In this document: piece after piece, positions 59,360 through 64,000 of the stretch
Layout of the letters: each line of letters begins with the position of its first letter
Numbering within the stretch: position 1 is the stretch's first letter
Notes under the pieces: model-generated
Database searches by the model: none
What the model saw: only the letters and a program-made list of their open reading frames with translations
What the model was told of the DNA's origin: nothing
Assembly (NCBI GenBank): GCA_963753345.1
Contig: CAVWBU010000047.1
Coordinates: 96,001-160,000, forward strand
Length of the DNA: 64,000 bases
Reading direction: 5' to 3'
From: an uncultured Fibrobacterota bacterium
GTDB lineage: Bacteria > Fibrobacterota > Chitinivibrionia > Chitinivibrionales > FEN-1185
Program-made: the position numbers and the translations under genes

Positions 59360-60499
59360 TCATGCGTCTTCGAGGATCCTCAGCGGCATGATGAGGAAAA
59401 GATCTTCGCTTTTCGCTTCCCCTTCTTTTTCATAGGAAGGAAACAGCAGGCAGGCGCTGATGTGCGTGTTCATTTCGATTCTCACCTTAGGAACCGAAAT
59501 GATGCCGAGAATTTCCATGAGGTACTGTGCGTTGAAGCCCACCGCATGCTCTGCGCCATCGTACTCTGCAGGAACGCTTTCGCGGGCCTCGCCCCCGATG
59601 TCTCTGTTGAGCACGATCACTTCAACCTTGCCGTTTTTGAAAAGCAGCTTTACAAGGTGAGTTTTCTGGTTTGATAATATGGAAACTCTCTTCACCGCAT
59701 CGAAGAGGGCTTGTTTTCCGATAATTGCTTTCTTGGGATTGACTTTGGGAATGGCCTTGTCGTAGTCTGGGTACGGTCCCTCAATCAGCTTTGAGCATAT
59801 TTTTACGTCGCGGGATCCAAAAAGGACATATTTATCCCCAAGGGTAATCTCAACAAGATCTTCAGGTTTTCCTCCCTCGGTTATTCTTGCAAAATGAAGA
59901 AGGCTCTTCGGAGAAACGATCATTGATAGGTGCTTTTCAAGAGAATCGTCTCGTTTCCAGAATGAACTCCCGAGCCTATGGCCATCGGTGGCAACCATTC
60001 CGGTTCTGCTCCTGTCGATTTTCCACAACACTCCGCAGAGGCAGGTCCTCGACTCATCCCGCGAAACCGCGAAACTGCTCTTGAGAATCATGTCTTTTAA
60101 ACAGCCAATCGCTACTGAAAACGAAGTTCCGTCCTTTATCTCAGGGAACGCAGGAAAATCCTCCGTGCCTATTCCCGCTATCCTGCACGAGAACCCCTTT
60201 TTCGTATCAATAACCAGGACATTCACATCAATGCTGAAATGAATATCACCATCCGGAAGTTCCCTTACAATTTCAAATAGTTTTCTCGCATTAAGAGTGA
60301 TCTCGGCTTCTCCGTCGGATTCCGCCTGCGCCGATACCTCAATGGAATGATCAAGGTCGGTTGCCGCCAGAATGACCGCTTTGCTTCTAAACGAAACTTT
60401 GAAGTTCGACAGTATCTGCAGTGAGGTCTTTAGCGGTATTAACGGATACGCCTTCTGGATCAGCTCGTATATTTTGCTCTTTGCAATGATGCATTCCAT
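59360..60499 (-). CDS. dnaN: DNA polymerase III beta clamp
   Basis: ATDLD, VATDGHRL, LIEGPYPDY, GFNAQYL, LIMPLR. Confidence 0.95.
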   Translation of the reverse strand: MECIIAKSKIYELIQKAYPLIPLKTSLQILSNFKVSFRSKAVILAATDLDHSIEVSAQAESDGEAEITLNARKLFEIVRELPDGDIHFSIDVNVLVIDTKKGFSCRIAGIGTEDFPAFPEIKDGTSFSVAIGCLKDMILKSSFAVSRDESRTCLCGVLWKIDRSRTGMVATDGHRLGSSFWKRDDSLEKHLSMIVSPKSLLHFARITEGGKPEDLVEITLGDKYVLFGSRDVKICSKLIEGPYPDYDKAIPKVNPKKAIIGKQALFDAVKRVSILSNQKTHLVKLLFKNGKVEVIVLNRDIGGEARESVPAEYDGAEHAVGFNAQYLMEILGIISVPKVRIEMNTHISACLLFPSYEKEGEAKSEDLFLIMPLRILEDA

Positions 60500-60544
60500 G
60501 GGCGGGTTGACCTTTCATGTTTAAAGAGAATGGGGCTCGAAAAA

Positions 60545-60770
60545 CAGAGTAAATCTTTCTATTTCAAAATATATATAAAAGAACAGATATAGAAATAGAT
60601 TTGTTGATACCGGATGAAATCGGTGTAATGTGATGATTAGAAAAGAAGTGTTGTGTTGATAGTATGTGAAAAACAAAGGGAGTATTGTTGATGGATGATG
60701 AATAAGAGAAGAAAATTTTTACCGCTAACATGTTATCAACGGTCAATATGTTTGCATCGGTATCGTTTGC
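60545..60770. promoter_or_regulatory. Candidate replication origin oriC (dnaA-dnaN spacer)
   Basis: AT-rich tract (AAAATATATATAAAA) and several DnaA-box-like 9-mers: TGTTGATAC, TGTTGATAG, TGTGAAAAA, TGTTGATGG, TTATCAACG. Confidence 0.7.
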
Positions 60771-60774
60771 TGCT

Positions 60775-62121
60775 TCAGACGTGGTTTTCACCGGAAAGAG
60801 AGCTTACTATGGAATCGATATCCGAACACACGGATTTGTCCTTTTTTCTGAGACACTCGATATGATTAATAGCATGAATGACCGTGCTGTGATCTCTCCC
60901 GCCGAAGTGCAGCCCTATTGACTTTAGAGAATAGTTGGTGTATCCTTTTGCGATATACATTGCAAGCTGTCTGCAGAAGGCGACTTCCTTGCGACGGTTC
61001 TTTTCACGGATATTGTTAAGGGGAACCCTGTAGTACTGCGCGACCGTTTCGATGATCCTGTCGATTGAAAATCGGGATTTTTCGCGTTTTTGCGATCCCT
61101 GCAGAATGTTTTTCACGAAATCCAGAGTGATATCCCGCTTTGTAATTGATGAATATGCAAGAAGACGGATTACCACGCCCTCAAGTTCGCGGATATTCGA
61201 GGACACGCTTTCCGCAATGTGGAGAAGGATGTCTTCGGGAATGTTTAAATTGTCCTGCTCCGCTTTTCTCTTGAGAATGGCGACTCGCGTTTCGAGATTC
61301 GGTGGTTGGATATCCACGGACAGGCCCCACTGGAACCGAGAAACAAGGCGGTCTTGCAGGCCGTTAAGTGATCCTGGCGGAAGGTCCGACGTGATCACAA
61401 TCTGGCGCTGGTTTTGATAAAGCGTGTTGAAGATATAAAAGAATTCCTCCTGGGTGCTTTCCTTCCCGGAGAGAAACTGGATATCGTCGATAAGAAGGAT
61501 GTCGGAAGATTTGAATGTCTCAGAGAATTTCCTTGAATTGTTGTTCTTTATGGCATCAATAAAATTGAAGTAGAATTCTTCAGATGAAGAGCAAGAAATT
61601 CGAAGTCCCTTCCGCTGTAACTGCACGAAAAGACCTATGGCGTGAAGCAGATGGGTTTTTCCAAGGCCGACGCCTCCATAAATCAACAGCGGGTTAAACT
61701 TGGTCTTTCCCGGAGCCTTTGCAACTGCGAATGCGGCGCTTTTTGCAAATTCATTACCCGGTCCCACGACAAAGGAATCAAAGGTAAAATTCGGATTAAA
61801 AACAGGAGAAGATTTGCGCTCCAGCGTGCCTGATTGAACCACGGGTGCCTGCGAGGTTTGGGGAAAAGCGGGGGCGCCTTGTCCAACCGCAAACACAATA
61901 TCGCACAGCGCAGGGGAACGAGTTGCTGCGACTGAGAGCATCCTCGTTTTATAGTGTTGTTCCAGGAAATCCGCTACGAACTGACTCGGTGCAGAAATTA
62001 CAAGAATCTTGCTGTCCCGAATCTCTATCGGCAGCAAAGGACGAAACCAGGTTTCAAAGGTCGCGGCATCGACAGTGAGCGAGAGGTCGGTGAGAATGTC
62101 CCGCCATAAAGTGGGTAGCAT
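60775..62121 (-). CDS. dnaA: Chromosomal replication initiator DnaA
   Basis: FTFDSFVVG, NPLLIYGGVGLGKTHL, IDDIQFL, NIRELEG, FGGRDHSTVIHA. Confidence 0.97.
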   Translation of the reverse strand: MLPTLWRDILTDLSLTVDAATFETWFRPLLPIEIRDSKILVISAPSQFVADFLEQHYKTRMLSVAATRSPALCDIVFAVGQGAPAFPQTSQAPVVQSGTLERKSSPVFNPNFTFDSFVVGPGNEFAKSAAFAVAKAPGKTKFNPLLIYGGVGLGKTHLLHAIGLFVQLQRKGLRISCSSSEEFYFNFIDAIKNNNSRKFSETFKSSDILLIDDIQFLSGKESTQEEFFYIFNTLYQNQRQIVITSDLPPGSLNGLQDRLVSRFQWGLSVDIQPPNLETRVAILKRKAEQDNLNIPEDILLHIAESVSSNIRELEGVVIRLLAYSSITKRDITLDFVKNILQGSQKREKSRFSIDRIIETVAQYYRVPLNNIREKNRRKEVAFCRQLAMYIAKGYTNYSLKSIGLHFGGRDHSTVIHAINHIECLRKKDKSVCSDIDSIVSSLSGENHV

Positions 62122-62302
62122 GGGAATCAGAAGCTCCCGGGGATCTTTGGACCGCGCGCAGTGAAGCACGTGCATTGTGCCTTTGTGGAAATCTACATGA
62201 GAAAACAAAAAAAATCAAATGCAAGAATGCGAGAAGCCCCAAAATACTTTGACAGTATGCAGTGACTGAAACCATTTTTAGAGCAAAGAAAGGAATCGCA
62301 AC

Positions 62303-62446
62303 ATGAAAAGAACGTTTCAACCGTCAAAGCGCAAGCGCATAAACACCCACGGGTTCAGGAAAAGGAATTCCACAAAGAGCGGAAGAAAGGTGCTTCGCAA
62401 GAGGAGAGCAAAAGGGCGCAAACGCCTCACCGTCTCCGACAAGTAG
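62303..62446 (+). CDS. rpmH: 50S ribosomal protein L34 (absent from the ORF track, 47 aa)
   Basis: Manual translation [47 protein letters not shown]. Confidence 0.97.
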   Translation: MKRTFQPSKRKRINTHGFRKRNSTKSGRKVLRKRRAKGRKRLTVSDK

Positions 62447-62451
62447 ACCGC

Positions 62452-62802
62452 GTGCAGGATACGCCACGTAGAGGTTGTGGACGCGCGTGCAGAATTTCGT
62501 CACGGGGGGAAATCGTTTTTCTTAGAAGAAATGGGTTACGGTGGCAAGGTGCAGCTTTTACGATATTGTACCGGGAAAACGCGCTTGGCTTCAATAGGTT
62601 TGCCGTTCTGGTGGGCAAGGCAAATGGAAATGCGGTTCAACGCAACAGAATAAAAAGGATCCTGAGAGAAGCTGTTCGAAAGAACAAGAGTGTCGTCCCT
62701 CCTTTTTTCGACATCCTCATCAAGCCTTTGGATAATGTTCTTCCATCCCAAGAGGAAGTAGAAAACAGTTACCGACGATGGAAAAATTTTGCAGGAAAAT
62801 AG
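62452..62802 (+). CDS. rnpA: Ribonuclease P protein component
   Basis: GNAVQRNRIKRILREA motif; follows rpmH. Confidence 0.92.
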   Translation: MQDTPRRGCGRACRISSRGEIVFLRRNGLRWQGAAFTILYRENALGFNRFAVLVGKANGNAVQRNRIKRILREAVRKNKSVVPPFFDILIKPLDNVLPSQEEVENSYRRWKNFAGK

Positions 62803-63035
62803 GGCAGTATGCCCTTTCTTGTCTTGTCATTCTGACAAAATCGGTCCTCATTGTGCCGCGGGGGTCATGCAGGTTTTCACCTTCATGCAGCGAGTATGCA
62901 TTGGAGGCGATCAAAACCATGCCGCTTCATCGCGCGGTGGCCGCCATTGCCTATCGGGTGTTGAGGTGCACGCCGTTCTCGCCGGGCGGATATGACCCCG
63001 TGCAAACGCAGGATCGAAAGGAAATGTTTTCGTGA
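62778..63035 (+). CDS. yidD: Membrane protein insertion efficiency factor YidD
   Basis: CRFSPSCSEYALEAI, RVLRCTPFSPGGYDPV. Confidence 0.93.
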   Translation: MEKFCRKIGQYALSCLVILTKSVLIVPRGSCRFSPSCSEYALEAIKTMPLHRAVAAIAYRVLRCTPFSPGGYDPVQTQDRKEMFS

Positions 63036-64000
63036 ACAGAAATACCGCGCTCGCCTTTTCGCTGATACTCTTAACGTTCATTGGTTTCGGCTTGTACGAA
63101 AACTACACCGCGAAAAACAATCCTCAAAAAGCGGTGTCTTCCGTGCCCCCGAAATCTCCGGGGGTTACCGAAGGAGAAAAGCAGGGCGAGAACAATGCCT
63201 CTTCGGGCCGGGAAGCGCATTTGCAGGAGCCTACCGCAGCGGCGCCCGCGGCCGCCGCAATCGACACGGCTCGGAGAACGGCCGTGTCGGGTGACACCAT
63301 CTGGGTTGACAACGGGAAAATTCTTTGCGGCATCAGCGAGGTGGGGGCGCGAATCGTTGCACTAAGGATGAAGGAATACGGCTACGACAGAACCGGGTCC
63401 CATGAGCCTGCATCAAAGGAAAAGGTCGACCTTGTGGGCCGCTCGCCTATCGGGGGAGCCAATCTTGTCATCGACGCGGAGAGCTTCGATGCAAAGCTCT
63501 TCCAGGTGCAGGATACGGCAAAACGGATACACCTTCAGAAAGGCCAGAAGGCATGGATTTCGTTCAGCTGTCCCTATGCAATGGGAACGACCGTTACCAA
63601 ACGATATGCCTTTGAGGGAGATTCATACAGGATAGGGCTCGAGATTTTATCGCCCTCGCTTGACGGGAAGAGCGTTTCTGTTGGCTGGAATTGCGGCATC
63701 ACCGAGAGCGAATACCGCAAGGGAAACGCCGGGCAGAAAAGTATCGCAAATGTTAATGAACAGCGGAAGGTGCACCTCTACGGTGGAAATTCCATCGAGC
63801 ATATTCAGGCGAAGAAAGTGGATGAGAAGATAGACCCGAAGACCGGAACCTACAAATGGGCCGCGATCACCTCGAAGTACTTTGTTGTTGCGCTGATTGC
63901 AGACAGCGCGCGCAGCGCCGATATCAACATCGAAGGGTACGACGCGAGGGCATACGACGATGTGAAGCCGGTGGCAAAAAAGGGCGATATTGTAGACTAT
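63032..64000 (+). CDS. yidC: Membrane protein insertase YidC (3'-truncated by the window)
   Basis: GTG start, MNRNTALAFSLILLTFIGF; later WAAITSKYFVVAL; canonical synteny. Confidence 0.88.
   Translation, partial: MNRNTALAFSLILLTFIGFGLYENYTAKNNPQKAVSSVPPKSPGVTEGEKQGENNASSGREAHLQEPTAAAPAAAAIDTARRTAVSGDTIWVDNGKILCGISEVGARIVALRMKEYGYDRTGSHEPASKEKVDLVGRSPIGGANLVIDAESFDAKLFQVQDTAKRIHLQKGQKAWISFSCPYAMGTTVTKRYAFEGDSYRIGLEILSPSLDGKSVSVGWNCGITESEYRKGNAGQKSIANVNEQRKVHLYGGNSIEHIQAKKVDEKIDPKTGTYKWAAITSKYFVVALIADSARSADINIEGYDARAYDDVKPVAKKGDIVDY

Overview
Bacterial chromosomal window that probably contains the replication origin. It carries dnaA-dnaN on the minus strand and the divergent rpmH-rnpA-yidD-yidC operon. 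The organism is inferred to be Fibrobacterota/Chitinivibrionia-like, from a TIGR02171-like protein, PorV-like barrels and many T9SS-type C-terminal domains (CTDs). Core genes: cysK, trpE-trpG-trpC, valS, a long minus-strand envelope cluster (ThiD2-like, ftsK, lolA, beta-propeller/FlgD protein, two PorV-like barrels, mreBCD, mrdA, rodA, lgt, comF, thiF/moeB), larB, dusB, a PAC2-family gene and a DegT aminotransferase. Around tRNA-Asn (40010-40085) lies a cluster of secreted CTD-bearing proteins, and the part downstream of the tRNA is visibly AT-richer. It includes a GH16, two paralogous uncharacterised GH-A-like proteins, and LamG, CBM-like and propeller proteins. A lipoprotein glutaminyl cyclase follows, and many predicted mature proteins in the window appear to start with Gln. 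Three distinct families of structured, dispersed intergenic repeats are visible. Four genes, including valS, carry single-base +1 frameshifts that are most likely assembly errors. All product calls come from motif recognition by eye; no database searches were run.
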